Positions 10,514-20,579 are shown, counted from the stretch's first letter. The stretch: DNA of 64,000 nt from Arenicellales bacterium (GCA_963663095.2 CAXXJB010000001.1:1596417-1660416), one strand, 5' to 3'. Numbers and translations are program-made. The notes: generated by a model from the letters alone, not told the origin.

Positions 10514-11476
10514 ATGAACTTGGGCTGCGGTAAGATAGACCAGAATAACAGCATGACAGATTCGGAATTGCATTTGAAAAACGGCGCAGTATCTGAAATT
10601 GATAATGTCAGACGAATTTTCTTTGACGGATATTGGATACGCTATTACAGTCCACCTCAAGAGACTTGGACGGCAAAGAAGAATTTGATTTCCGGATTGA
10701 CGAGAAGAACGTTTCATCATACAGAACCAGGCATAAATACTCCGGGAGAGAATCTTGACCGTGCCCGAACCGCCTATGATGAGGCAGAGTCCGAAGAAGA
10801 AAGGCGGGTCAACGCGGCGATGCTGGCAGGTGCGCTGTTCAATCGGGCGACCGACATCATAACCTCGGTAGTGGAGCTTGAGGACAAGGGTGTCCATATC
10901 AGTTTGGACAACGAACTGGTGAAACAGTGCGGAGAGTGTCTTTCCGAAGCGATGGAACTAGGGAAATCGGTCCGACATTTTAGCGGCAACGAAGGGATTG
11001 ACGAATTGTGGGGAGAGCCGTTAAAGGCATTTTCGATGTCCACGGTAGACTTCTATGAATCAAGATACGTCAAGATTGCGCAGACAATGCGAGATATTGA
11101 CAGAATCAATGAAGTGCTGACGCAAACCCTGAAATCCTTTGAGGAATTCAGCAATGCATGGCCGATTTTGGTAGATTATGCGGAATTTGCGAAACTCAAC
11201 TGCGAAATCATGAAAACTGATCCTGATTATTTTTCCATCTGGCCGAAATTTGTAACAAGTTCCGATCAGTTACAGAAGTTGGTTGAGACTATTCTTGATG
11301 AGAACAGAGGCCACATTGAGCAGGAGATTCTGGATGGTTGCCTGCTGTTCGAGCAGGGACGAAATCTAATCGCATATATTTCAAGTGCTCGAGTTCCGAT
11401 GCCAAAAACAATGAACCGTTTTTTCGATGACTGCGATGAGTTTTCGCAGAACAGATATCGTGCACAGGGAGGATGA
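10514..11476 (+). CDS. hypothetical protein (no recognisable domain), first gene of a coupled 3-gene operon
   Basis: 320-aa ORF with no TM segment and a helical composition. Its stop overlaps the next start by 4 nt (ATGA). An alternative start is the ATG at 10553 (MTDSELH...). Confidence 0.6.
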   Translation: MNLGCGKIDQNNSMTDSELHLKNGAVSEIDNVRRIFFDGYWIRYYSPPQETWTAKKNLISGLTRRTFHHTEPGINTPGENLDRARTAYDEAESEEERRVNAAMLAGALFNRATDIITSVVELEDKGVHISLDNELVKQCGECLSEAMELGKSVRHFSGNEGIDELWGEPLKAFSMSTVDFYESRYVKIAQTMRDIDRINEVLTQTLKSFEEFSNAWPILVDYAEFAKLNCEIMKTDPDYFSIWPKFVTSSDQLQKLVETILDENRGHIEQEILDGCLLFEQGRNLIAYISSARVPMPKTMNRFFDDCDEFSQNRYRAQGG

Positions 11477-12072
11477 AAATGACTGTGAATGAACAAAGAC
11501 GAAAAGCAGTGCGTTCCACTGTCGAACGTATAAGAAACATTGAAGCGACACACGGTGTAACCAGAACCGGACTTGAACAGATCGAATTGCAGCTGCGGGA
11601 ACTCGCGAATCATGAGGATTGGTTCACCGAGAGCGAGTTTCCAGCACCGGAGCGGAAATCCGAAGATTCATCGTTTGTCTATCGAATTTCGGAAGACCCA
11701 CAGGACAATCGCTTCGCTTTGTATATCCAGTCGGCGCGCGCACCGACAAATACCCCCGCACACAACCATGATACATGGGCGGCGATCACCGGCATCCGGG
11801 GCGAAGAACTCAATCGGTTCTATCGGCGCAGCAACGGTGGTGTCGAAGTGGTTGGATCGCACATGGTGCGACCGGGTTCCGGAGTCAGTTTTCTTCCGGA
11901 TGATCTGCATTCCATTCATATTACCGACAACGAGGCCGTCATCAATTTTCATATGTATGGACTCGGTCTGGAATATCTGACTGAGCGCGAATACTATGAC
12001 ACAGGGTCCGGCAGTTGGAAGAAGTTCAGAGACCGTAGTAATATCGTTGATGCAGGTTATGTTACGCGATGA
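11473..12072 (+). CDS. cupin-fold thiol/cysteine dioxygenase-like protein
   Basis: 199 aa with a candidate 3-His metal site: PAHNHDTWAAITGIRGEE ... LPDDLHSIHI. Coupled by 4-nt overlaps to both neighbours. The cupin plus rhodanese pairing is typical of the CDO-like family. Confidence 0.7.
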   Translation: MKMTVNEQRRKAVRSTVERIRNIEATHGVTRTGLEQIELQLRELANHEDWFTESEFPAPERKSEDSSFVYRISEDPQDNRFALYIQSARAPTNTPAHNHDTWAAITGIRGEELNRFYRRSNGGVEVVGSHMVRPGSGVSFLPDDLHSIHITDNEAVINFHMYGLGLEYLTEREYYDTGSGSWKKFRDRSNIVDAGYVTR

Positions 12073-13664
12073 ATCACGAGATCAGTGCCGAAAACCTGAA
12101 ACAGCGAATCCTGGCCCGTGAAGAAATTGCGATTATCGACGTTCGAGAAGAGGGAATCTATTTCGACTGTCATCTGTTTTGGGCAACCAATATCCCCCTG
12201 AGTCGATTGGAATGCCTGGTTTCCGAACTGTTACCGCGGCTCAGTATACCGATTGTCGTCTATGACAGTGGCCCGACAGGCAAGGAGACTGCTGCCCGAC
12301 GTGCTCGCATACGCCTTGAAGAGCTGAATTACACGGATATCAGTGTTCTCAAAGGTGGAATCCAGGGCTGGAAGGCTGCTGGATTCGAGCTCTTTTCGGG
12401 ATTGAATGTACCCAGCAAGACTTTTGGGGAGTATCTGCTTCAACAAAGAAAGCCACCCGAAATACTCGCCGAGACACTTCACAGCCGCTTGGAAGCGAAT
12501 GATGATCTTGTTGTATTGGACAGCCGTCCGATGGATGAATACAACGAAATGAGTATCCCCGGTGCGATTGATGTGCCCGGAGCGGAACTGGTCTATCGGG
12601 TGTTCGAGATAGCCGCAAACCCTGAAACTGATGTTGTTGTCAACTGTGCGGGACGCACTCGCAGCATTGTCGGTGCGATGTCCCTGATCAACGCTCGAAT
12701 TCCAAACAATGTCAGTCTGCTGAAAGACGGCACAATGGGGTGGCATCTGGCTGGTTTACAGCTTGACCATGGTAAAACACTGGAAGGTGCACCACCCTCC
12801 AAAGAGAATCTCGCCAAGGCGGTAGCCGCTGCAGACCGGGTTGCCAGGCGGTTTGAGGTTTCCTTTGTGGACTATCAGATTCTGTCGAGATGGATACAGG
12901 ATTCAGATCGATCGCTATACATTTTCGATGTCCGCACGCGGCAAGAATATGAGACCGGACATGTGATGGGATCAACTCATGCCCCCGGGGGCCAGTTGGT
13001 ACAGACTACTGACGAGTTTATCGCTGTTCGCAATGCCCGTACGGTGTTGGTTGACGACAAGGAGGTGCGTGCAATCATGACTGCGTCATGGCTGATGCAG
13101 ATGGGACATCGCGATGTTCACGTACTCAGGGGCTCTTTAAGCGATATGGAGATCGAAACCGGCGTAAAGAAAGTACCCATTGCGGGCTATCGGGAGTGTG
13201 AGACGATCGAACCCGGTGAGTTGAGAGCAGCCTTGCAATCGGGTGAGAAAATGATGGTGGTTGACCTCTCTTCAAGCCGAAACTATCGCCGCGGCCATAT
13301 TCTTGAAGCACACTGGTGCATCCGGCAAAGACTTGACTCCGCATTGGTTTTCCACCAACCGGTCGGATTGCTTGTACTCACTTCAGAGAACGGTGTCCTG
13401 GCACATCTGGCAGCCGCCGATTTGATCAAATCAGATTTCAGACAGTTGATTCGGGTGCTCAATGGTGGAAACCGCAATTGGAAGGCTGCTGGCTATCCGT
13501 TGATTGACGGCATGGACAATCTTTTGGCAGATGTAATTGATATTTGGGACAAGCCATATCATCACGATACAGATCAGGAAGAAAAAATGAGATCCTATCT
13601 GGAATGGGAAGTCCAACTCATGGAACAGGCGGACCGCGACGGCACAGTTGAGTTCTACTGTTAG
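12069..13664 (+). CDS. multi-domain (four-repeat) rhodanese-like sulfurtransferase
   Basis: Four rhodanese-like repeats. Only the second carries an active-site loop with Cys (VVNCAGRTRS). The others have non-Cys residues at the equivalent place (e.g. VVYDSGPTG, VLVDDKEVR). Confidence 0.85.
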   Translation: MNHEISAENLKQRILAREEIAIIDVREEGIYFDCHLFWATNIPLSRLECLVSELLPRLSIPIVVYDSGPTGKETAARRARIRLEELNYTDISVLKGGIQGWKAAGFELFSGLNVPSKTFGEYLLQQRKPPEILAETLHSRLEANDDLVVLDSRPMDEYNEMSIPGAIDVPGAELVYRVFEIAANPETDVVVNCAGRTRSIVGAMSLINARIPNNVSLLKDGTMGWHLAGLQLDHGKTLEGAPPSKENLAKAVAAADRVARRFEVSFVDYQILSRWIQDSDRSLYIFDVRTRQEYETGHVMGSTHAPGGQLVQTTDEFIAVRNARTVLVDDKEVRAIMTASWLMQMGHRDVHVLRGSLSDMEIETGVKKVPIAGYRECETIEPGELRAALQSGEKMMVVDLSSSRNYRRGHILEAHWCIRQRLDSALVFHQPVGLLVLTSENGVLAHLAAADLIKSDFRQLIRVLNGGNRNWKAAGYPLIDGMDNLLADVIDIWDKPYHHDTDQEEKMRSYLEWEVQLMEQADRDGTVEFYC

Positions 13665-13685
13665 CCGCGTTGATGCGTGGCTGAT

Positions 13686-14822
13686 TCAGTCTGTGACGCC
13701 AACCAGGGTCTCCTTGACGATATATTTCACCACATCCACCAACGCCAGTTCATTGGACCGGCCTTCGTCGATTGACTGATTGTAAACAGACAGTTGCTGG
13801 TGAGCGCTCGTGCCGCGTTCAATAATGTTTCTGATGTTCTGTACTTCTTCGACACAGTCGAAATATTCCGCATCTTCAGATGTTATTTCGATGATCTCTT
13901 CTGCGAGGTCCGGAAAGTCAACAATTTCTCGACGTCCGAAATCGATCAGCCCGCGGTCAATACCGTAACGCTGGGCGCGCCATCGGTTTTCCTGTATCAA
14001 AAATGTCGAGTACTCCCGCCAACGTTGATTTTGCAACTTCAACCGATACAACAACCTCATCCAACATCGATAGACACAAGCAATCGTAATCGCATCCTCA
14101 ATGTTGGTGCAGATGTCCGTCAACCGCATTTCAAGGGTTGGAAATCGCCCGCTGGGTCGGAGGTCCCACCAAATCTTGGTTGCGTCTTCAATGATTCCAA
14201 GATCAACCAAAGCGTTGACGTGATTCATATAGTCTGTATAGCTGTGGAACAGCGGTGGCAGGCCGGTTCTTGGCATTTGATCGAAAACAGATACCCGGTA
14301 AGACTTCATCCCCGAATTCTCGCCTCTCCAGAACGGTGACGATGTACTGAGTGCAAGAATATGAGGCAATACGTAGGAAGCCTGGTTCATCAAGTCGATT
14401 CGCAACTCGTCATCTGGAATTCCGATGTGGACGTGCATACCGCTGATATAAAGTCTGTGCACAATCCGCTGCATCTGCTCGGCGAGGTCCAGATATCTCT
14501 CATCATCTGTCAATAATGTCGAACCGAATGAAAAAGGGTGAGTTGAAGAAGCCATGATCAAGCAGTCATGCTCGCGGGCAATTCTGGCGACAGTACCGCG
14601 CAATCGTATCAGTTCCTGTCTGAGCTCCCGGGTGCCGGTACAGACTTTGGTGCCGACTTCAATCTGACACTGCAGAAGTTCTTTGGTAACCTGCTTTCCG
14701 AGTTCCTTCGCACAGTCTGCCATCAGAGCCGGAGGCATCTTCGAGACGAGATTCAGGGTCCCTATATCGATGACAAGGTACTCTTCCTCAATTCCGATGG
14801 TGAATTCTGGTTGATCGCTCAC
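13686..14822 (-). CDS. ybdK: carboxylate-amine ligase, glutamate-cysteine ligase family 2 (YbdK-type)
   Basis: N-terminal FTIGIEEEYLVID and a 378-aa body typical of GCS2/YbdK. Confidence 0.85.
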   Translation of the reverse strand: MSDQPEFTIGIEEEYLVIDIGTLNLVSKMPPALMADCAKELGKQVTKELLQCQIEVGTKVCTGTRELRQELIRLRGTVARIAREHDCLIMASSTHPFSFGSTLLTDDERYLDLAEQMQRIVHRLYISGMHVHIGIPDDELRIDLMNQASYVLPHILALSTSSPFWRGENSGMKSYRVSVFDQMPRTGLPPLFHSYTDYMNHVNALVDLGIIEDATKIWWDLRPSGRFPTLEMRLTDICTNIEDAITIACVYRCWMRLLYRLKLQNQRWREYSTFLIQENRWRAQRYGIDRGLIDFGRREIVDFPDLAEEIIEITSEDAEYFDCVEEVQNIRNIIERGTSAHQQLSVYNQSIDEGRSNELALVDVVKYIVKETLVGVTD

Positions 14823-15080
14823 TGAATTATTCTTAATGACGGGTTGGATTGGATGGCAAATATAGTAGAGGAATTATTCTATCTGGACTTTCCATGCGTA
14901 ACCACGAAATTGTCCTTCTTACAACAAATCAACGACTAGCTTATCAGACTGCTCCGGTGTTATGGCCGTGGGCTTTCCAGACTCAGGAATTTTGTTCATT
15001 GTCATCACTTTGCGCAATTTTTATTGGCCCTAATTTTAGTTGACTTCAAAACCGCAAATATCGGCTCGATTGTCGGCGCC

Positions 15081-15599
15081 TCAGAAATGTTCCACGTCTC
15101 TCAGCAATTCAACCCCGGGGCGACCGTTTGCCGTTGCGGCCCATCCAACCAGATCAGGACGGGGTCCAAAGAGTGCGAATACTTTACCATTTCGATCAGG
15201 ACCAGGTTGAAGTCCTGCATCTACCTGCCAGCCATGTGCACCATCCACCTTTAGTGCGGCCGACCGGACGGTAATTCCGTTTGTGTACATTCGATGTTGT
15301 TGCGCAGCTTTTTGACATGCTGACCAAGTCTCAAGTCCACCCGTCATAGTTTCATGTGGTAGATCAGGTATCCGCGTCGGGGCATCTCCGATGTCCACTG
15401 CCCAAAGTGCTCGGCGAATGGTGAGAACGTCTTCAGGATTGTCAATCTCCTCATGGCGGAGAAACTCAGCCTAGGCTCCGTCAGGAGTATCACAGAAATA
15501 GTGGGTCAACTCGTCGTCGAGGTTCCATCTTCCAGCAGGCTGTGATGTGACTTCGCGCAGAAAGGGAAATCGAGGATCAGTGTGGCGGAATGCGATCAC
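15081..15599 (-). pseudogene. RES-domain toxin gene interrupted by an in-frame TAG at codon 43
   Basis: The GTG start (15599-15597) overlaps the antitoxin stop (GTGA). Translation: VIAFRHTDPRFPFLREVTSQPAGRWNLDDELTHYFCDTPDGA*AEFLRHEEI...GITVRSAAL.... The GRWN, E and (R)S features fit a RES domain. The TAG at 15473-15471 sits where Trp (TGG) would fit. Confidence 0.65.
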
Positions 15600-16252
15600 G
15601 TGATGGGGGACGACACGAGGGAGCGGGCGAGCTCGCGCACTCGCAGTGGATTTTCGTCATCGGGTAGCCAGTGGTCAGTGAGGAATTGGGCGGGCGAATG
15701 ACCGTCCAGTCGCTTGCGAGGACGAGAAAACCAACGTCGCACGCCGATGCTGTTATACGCACCTGAAAGGTCACCGACTGTAAAGGCCAAAAAGTGAAGC
15801 CGAGCTGCGACCGTGTCGGGCGTGGATCGGTTGCCTGAGAGATAGCGTCGGACACTGGATTGGGAGATGCCGAGGAGTTCCGCCAGCAAGCTCAACCCAA
15901 GTGTGCTGTGTAAAGTGCGCCATTCGTAGGTGGGGGCAGGCGATTCGTCCAAGGCCTCGTTGATTCTCTCCAGCAAGGCAGTTAGTCGAACTGAGTCTGA
16001 AAATGGCAGACGGTGGAGTTCCGACAGAATGGCTTGCCCAATTCCAGCCTCTGACATACCTGTCTCAAGTTCCTCCATGGCCGAATTGTCCAAGCACGTA
16101 ATCTGTTCAGGCAACAATCCCATTGCGTCGGCGCGGCTCAGTGCTCCTATTGCCGCCTCAGCAAGTCTAGGATCGTCGAACGGACTCTGAACAGATTGAA
16201 TTTGGAGATTTGTCATGCTCCAAATTATATCCGGCCAACTCAACGCGATCAA
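15596..16252 (-). CDS. Xre/MbcA/ParS-family antitoxin (DUF2384-type C-terminal toxin-binding domain)
   Basis: HTH-like segment LAELLGISQSSVRRYLSG, and a C-terminus VRRWFSRPRKRLDGHSPAQFL typical of antitoxins paired with RES toxins. The real start may be the ATG at 16216 (MTNLQIQ...). Confidence 0.75.
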   Translation of the reverse strand: MIALSWPDIIWSMTNLQIQSVQSPFDDPRLAEAAIGALSRADAMGLLPEQITCLDNSAMEELETGMSEAGIGQAILSELHRLPFSDSVRLTALLERINEALDESPAPTYEWRTLHSTLGLSLLAELLGISQSSVRRYLSGNRSTPDTVAARLHFLAFTVGDLSGAYNSIGVRRWFSRPRKRLDGHSPAQFLTDHWLPDDENPLRVRELARSLVSSPIT

Positions 16253-16686
16253 TTGATACCCACTTTGTCTCCTCCTTTGGTGTCTGCTCGACAGAAACTA
16301 ATACTGCTGTCTGTGTGATATCGTCGAAGACTCCGGTACGAAAGTGTCGGTAGGCATGCTAATCAACCGCCGAATCGCCGCATTTTTCTGCCGTCCGATC
16401 ATTATCCCGAGCAACTGTGCGGCGGGCATTGGTGGCACCTTCTGCAATATCATCAGATCGGAGAGAAACGACATGCTTATGTCGAGTAGGGTGGAAAATG
16501 TTTTCGGGGAACGACATCAATACAGATCACAATGCTCGCACCCGCTGAAATCGTCGGTCATGAAATTCAGCTTGTGAAGACCGAAACAGAGGTGACAAGT
16601 GTCCGTTATTGTTAAAATGCGGCAGGAATGAAATAATTTGGGTGTAAGAACCAGCGTCCGTAAATTTAAACAAGTGGGGTTCCAGT

Positions 16687-17766
16687 ATGAGTTTCGATTT
16701 TCGCAGTGACACCGTCACCAAACCGACTGAAGCGATGCGCAAGGCAATGTACCGTGCGAAAGTGGGGGATGATGTCTACGGAGAGGATCTGACTATAAAC
16801 CGACTTGAAGGGATCATGGCAGAGAAATTCGGTATGGAAGCCGGAGTCTTCGTCACCAGCGGAACACAAGGCAATCTACTGGCTCTGATGGCCCATTGTT
16901 CCCGCGGAGACGAATACATTGTCGGGCAGTTGGCTCATACTTACAAATATGAAGGTGGCGGTGGTGCGGTTCTCGGGAGTATTCAGCCGCAGCCACTCGA
17001 TTTTGCCGAAGACGGATCTATCGATCTGGAATCGGCGCGACGGGTAATCAAGCCCGATGACGACCACTTCGCCAATACACGGCTGTTCTGTCTTGAGAAT
17101 ACCCAGGCTGGCCGAGCGTTGTCCATGCAATATCTTGATGACGCTGAACAGTTTGTCCAGTCGACCCAACTCGCTTTCCACCTGGATGGAGCGCGGGTCT
17201 TCAATGCTGCTGTTTTTCACGGCGTTGAAGTCGACAGGATCACGAGCAGGTTTGACACGGTCTCTTGCTGTTTTTCCAAAGGTCTAGGTGCACCGGTCGG
17301 TTCGATACTATGCGGTGGTCGAGACGTAGTTCGAGAGGCGCGACGCTGGCGCAAGCTTGTCGGAGGCGGACTGCGTCAGGGCGGGGTTATCGCAGCGGCC
17401 GCCTTGCACGCGGTTGAAAATCATGTTGAGCGATTACAGGATGATCACGACAATGCGAAATGGATCGCGGAGCAACTTTCTGAATTGGACGGAATCGATG
17501 TAATCTTCCACAAAATGCAGACCAATATGGTATTTGTCATGGTAAGCGATGGCAGAGTACAGGAACTCGCCGAATTTCTACGCAATCGCGACATTTTCGT
17601 CACGCCCGGCGAACCTATGCGACTCGTGACGCACCTTGATGTTGATCGCGACGCAGCGATTCGGCTGGTCGACGCAGTGAGGGATTTCATGGATGAAGTG
17701 CGCGCGAATGTGCCAGCCTCAACTCCCGTTCATTCGTCTTCCTACGGATTCAGCAACGACGCATAA
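16687..17766 (+). CDS. ltaE: low-specificity L-threonine aldolase
   Basis: FDFRSDTVTKPTEAMRKAM...GDDVYGED... and a PLP-fold body. The 3' end overlaps the convergent ureohydrolase gene by 48 nt. Confidence 0.9.
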   Translation: MSFDFRSDTVTKPTEAMRKAMYRAKVGDDVYGEDLTINRLEGIMAEKFGMEAGVFVTSGTQGNLLALMAHCSRGDEYIVGQLAHTYKYEGGGGAVLGSIQPQPLDFAEDGSIDLESARRVIKPDDDHFANTRLFCLENTQAGRALSMQYLDDAEQFVQSTQLAFHLDGARVFNAAVFHGVEVDRITSRFDTVSCCFSKGLGAPVGSILCGGRDVVREARRWRKLVGGGLRQGGVIAAAALHAVENHVERLQDDHDNAKWIAEQLSELDGIDVIFHKMQTNMVFVMVSDGRVQELAEFLRNRDIFVTPGEPMRLVTHLDVDRDAAIRLVDAVRDFMDEVRANVPASTPVHSSSYGFSNDA

Positions 17767-18681
17767 GATCTCAAACATCATGGTAGCGCCGACAAGCGCG
17801 GTATTGCCTGATGGATCAAATGGTGGCGCGACTTCGACAACGTCACCCCCGATCAGATTCAGCCCCTCAAGCGCGCGGATCATCATCTGCGCTTCCAATG
17901 TGGTGAGTCCGCCCACTTCCGGTGTTCCTGTTCCAGGTGCGTATACCGGATCTAGTCCGTCCACATCAAAGCTGATGTAGGTTGGACCGTCACCGACAAT
18001 TTCCCGCGCTTCCTCGATAATTGACTTCCACCCGCGTTCGGCAAATTCTTCCATGTAGACTACGCGCATACCGGTGTCGTGGCTGAACTTCCAGATATCC
18101 AGATCATTAAGTGAGCCGCGAATTCCGATCTGGACGGTTCTCTTTGGATCAAGGAGATTTTCTTCGACCGCTCTTCGGAACGGTGCGCCATGATGAAATT
18201 TAGATCCCAGATAGTCGTCCCCCGTATCGCAGTGTGCATCAAAATGCACCATACCGACAGGTGCCTTTTTGGCGATTGCCCGGAAAATAGGCAGTGTTAC
18301 GGAGTGGTCGCCACCGGCAGAGACCGGAATGATGCCGAAGTCGTGTATGCGTTGAAAATAGTTTTCAATCTCATCGAGACTCTCTTCGAGGTGAAAGGGT
18401 TTCTGGATCCATGCATCGCCCAGATCGGCAATTCGGCACAGATCGTAAGGGCAGATTCCGGACGATTGATTCATGCGCCTCATCAGACTGGATTGATTTC
18501 GAATCTCACGCGGTCCATGTCTCGCGCCGGTCCGATTGGTGACACCCCCGTCAAACGGTACACCGACCAGCCCGACATCAATGTCCTTCCAGTCTTCCGA
18601 ATGAGGCACGCGCATGAACGTCGCAATCCCGGTGTAGCGGGGACGTTGAATCGGATCGTTAAAGGCTTCATACTCATACAT
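17719..18681 (-). CDS. agmatinase-family ureohydrolase (agmatinase/guanidino-acid hydrolase)
   Basis: Arginase-fold motifs: GGDHSVTLPIFRA, HFDAHCDTGD, ISFDVDGLDP. Confidence 0.85.
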   Translation of the reverse strand: MYEYEAFNDPIQRPRYTGIATFMRVPHSEDWKDIDVGLVGVPFDGGVTNRTGARHGPREIRNQSSLMRRMNQSSGICPYDLCRIADLGDAWIQKPFHLEESLDEIENYFQRIHDFGIIPVSAGGDHSVTLPIFRAIAKKAPVGMVHFDAHCDTGDDYLGSKFHHGAPFRRAVEENLLDPKRTVQIGIRGSLNDLDIWKFSHDTGMRVVYMEEFAERGWKSIIEEAREIVGDGPTYISFDVDGLDPVYAPGTGTPEVGGLTTLEAQMMIRALEGLNLIGGDVVEVAPPFDPSGNTALVGATMMFEILCVVAESVGRRMNGS

Positions 18682-18720
18682 GATTTGTCTCTCCCGTTTA
18701 GTTTTGTTCCCATCAATATA

Positions 18721-19731
18721 TTACCGCAATACGGGGCGAACGACACCCGCGTGTTTTTTTGCGACCGTTCTCACTTCCGGCCGAAACCAGGGTTTCAGTT
18801 GCAGCAACTGCGATTGTGTCAGATTACAGTGCGTTGCAATTTGCCAACCCATTGCGACTTCCGCGGCACGTCTCGATCCATCATCTATTTTGAGCGCGAA
18901 ACCCAGCCCGTCGCAATACGAGGTCATGCCGGCGTATACGCCTTCGGCACCGACTTTTACCAGTGCCAGGTTTTCCGTTACTCTGGGTACGACAGTGCAG
19001 AAGCGATTCTCGCCACCAACCAGTTCAGGAAACTGCGCCATTGCAGAACGGACCCGTTCGGCGGAAGTGCGACGAACATCTGAACTGAATTTCGCGACGG
19101 CCAATCGGGCAAATGCCAACGCTACGCCGCGCAGGGACATCCCGGTGACAGGAATCCCACAGCCGTCCAGACCGGCCGGCCCTTCATGCAGGGACTCGTC
19201 ACTCAGTTCCCCAAGTGTCTGAAGTACCCGTTGCTGAACCGGGTGTGCATGCTCGACATATCCTTCGATCGGCAGGTTGCTGTGAAGGGCGACTGTGATA
19301 AAGCCGGCATGTTTGCCCGAGCAGTTGTTGTTGAGCGCGGTGGACTTGATCTCGCGACGAATCATGTCATTTCGCGTTTCCCGGTGAACGGAATCATGAA
19401 TTCCGCATTCCAAGTGCGATTCGTCCAATCCGAGGTGCTCAAGCCATTGCCTGACTGAATCAACATGCGAAACCTGACCTGAATGCGAAGCACAGGCAAG
19501 CGCGATGTGCTCATCACGGAGTTCGTATCGTTCCAATGCGCCGGATTCTACCAGAACCATTGCCTGTAGCGGTTTGATGGCTGAGCGGGGATAGATTGGA
19601 CGGCTGATGTCACCGAATTCGGCTATAGTTTCACCATCGGCGTTCACGACCGCGACGGCACCGCGATGAAAGCTCTCCACCATATCACCGCGTGTGACTT
19701 CAACTAGAATCGGGTTGGCTGAATCCTTCAA
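18721..19731 (-). CDS. asparaginase II (Rhizobium-type) family protein
   Basis: N-terminus ILVEVTRGDMVESFHRGAVAVVNADGE and a 336-aa body typical of the Asparaginase_II family. Confidence 0.8.
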   Translation of the reverse strand: MKDSANPILVEVTRGDMVESFHRGAVAVVNADGETIAEFGDISRPIYPRSAIKPLQAMVLVESGALERYELRDEHIALACASHSGQVSHVDSVRQWLEHLGLDESHLECGIHDSVHRETRNDMIRREIKSTALNNNCSGKHAGFITVALHSNLPIEGYVEHAHPVQQRVLQTLGELSDESLHEGPAGLDGCGIPVTGMSLRGVALAFARLAVAKFSSDVRRTSAERVRSAMAQFPELVGGENRFCTVVPRVTENLALVKVGAEGVYAGMTSYCDGLGFALKIDDGSRRAAEVAMGWQIATHCNLTQSQLLQLKPWFRPEVRTVAKKHAGVVRPVLR

Positions 19732-19810
19732 TCAGGATGCTTGCAAGGTTGGTTCTGCACTCGAAATATCCGATGGAATTTCGTATATGATAGAGCCAAC
19801 ATTATAAAGG

Positions 19811-20575
19811 ATGGAACCAGCTGGAATTATGAGTGTGCTGATTGTCGAGCGGGATGAAGATCTTAAGATTCTGCAGCTGAATCGACCGGAACGCGCGAAT
19901 GCGCTGAACGTGGAACTGGTACAGGCCTTGATTGATGAGATCGACAGGTCGTCCGATGACGGAACGCGGACACTCGTCATTCTCGGCTCAGGACGTTCGT
20001 TCTGCTCCGGATTCGATCTGGGGAATCTGGAAGAGAAGACCGATGCCGAAGTTGCGGAACGAATTGTCAATGTCGAGAAAATGCTGCAAGCCCTGCATCA
20101 TGCACCTTTTCTAACAGTAGCCCTGGTACAGTCCATGGCGTTCGGAGCGGGTGCGGACCTGGTTTGTTCGTGTCATGTGAGAATTGCTGAGCCAGGCAGT
20201 CGATTCTGTATGCCGGGACTGAATTTCGGAATTCTGCTCGGTACCCGGCGTTTGAAAGCACGAATAGGGGCCGACAACGCAGTGAGTGTTTTGATCAATA
20301 CCCGGGTCTTTGATGCAGAAAAGGCGGTTGAGATGGGTTTTCTGACGCACGTCGCAAGCCAGGAATGCTGGCAGCAGCATATTGAATCCGCGAGAGCGGC
20401 GGGAAATGCAGTTGCAGATGGACATGTTCGAAGAATGTTGAACGTAATTGTCAACGACACCCGACAGGAGGATATGGCAGATCTCATCGATTCGGTGAGT
20501 GAACCGGGATTGGTTCGGCGAATAGTCGACTACCGCAATTCAATGCGAAAAAAATCAGGAAAATCTCAAGGTTGA
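19811..20575 (+). CDS. enoyl-CoA hydratase/isomerase (crotonase) family protein
   Basis: Crotonase pattern: LNRPERANAL..., GSGRSFCSGFDL, AFGAGADL. Confidence 0.85.
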   Translation: MEPAGIMSVLIVERDEDLKILQLNRPERANALNVELVQALIDEIDRSSDDGTRTLVILGSGRSFCSGFDLGNLEEKTDAEVAERIVNVEKMLQALHHAPFLTVALVQSMAFGAGADLVCSCHVRIAEPGSRFCMPGLNFGILLGTRRLKARIGADNAVSVLINTRVFDAEKAVEMGFLTHVASQECWQQHIESARAAGNAVADGHVRRMLNVIVNDTRQEDMADLIDSVSEPGLVRRIVDYRNSMRKKSGKSQG

Positions 20576-20579
20576 ATCG

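Noticed and set aside
12231-12746. 171-aa minus-strand ORF inside the rhodanese gene; similar shadow ORFs at 13794-14339, 35627-36133, 5253-5693, 32005-32514 and 51891-52301
   Set aside because: All are antisense to, or out of frame with, genes that have clear family motifs. None has a recognisable domain.
16253-16686. 434-nt spacer between the Xre antitoxin and ltaE, scanned on both strands for a relic gene or glycine/threonine-type riboswitch
   Set aside because: I could find only short, unrecognisable open stretches and no conserved riboswitch-like structure by eye.
18190-19083. 297-aa ORF on the + strand spanning the ureohydrolase and asparaginase II genes
   Set aside because: It is antisense to two well-supported minus-strand genes, has low-complexity Arg/Pro/Ser-rich composition and no recognisable motif. 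It is a typical shadow ORF.
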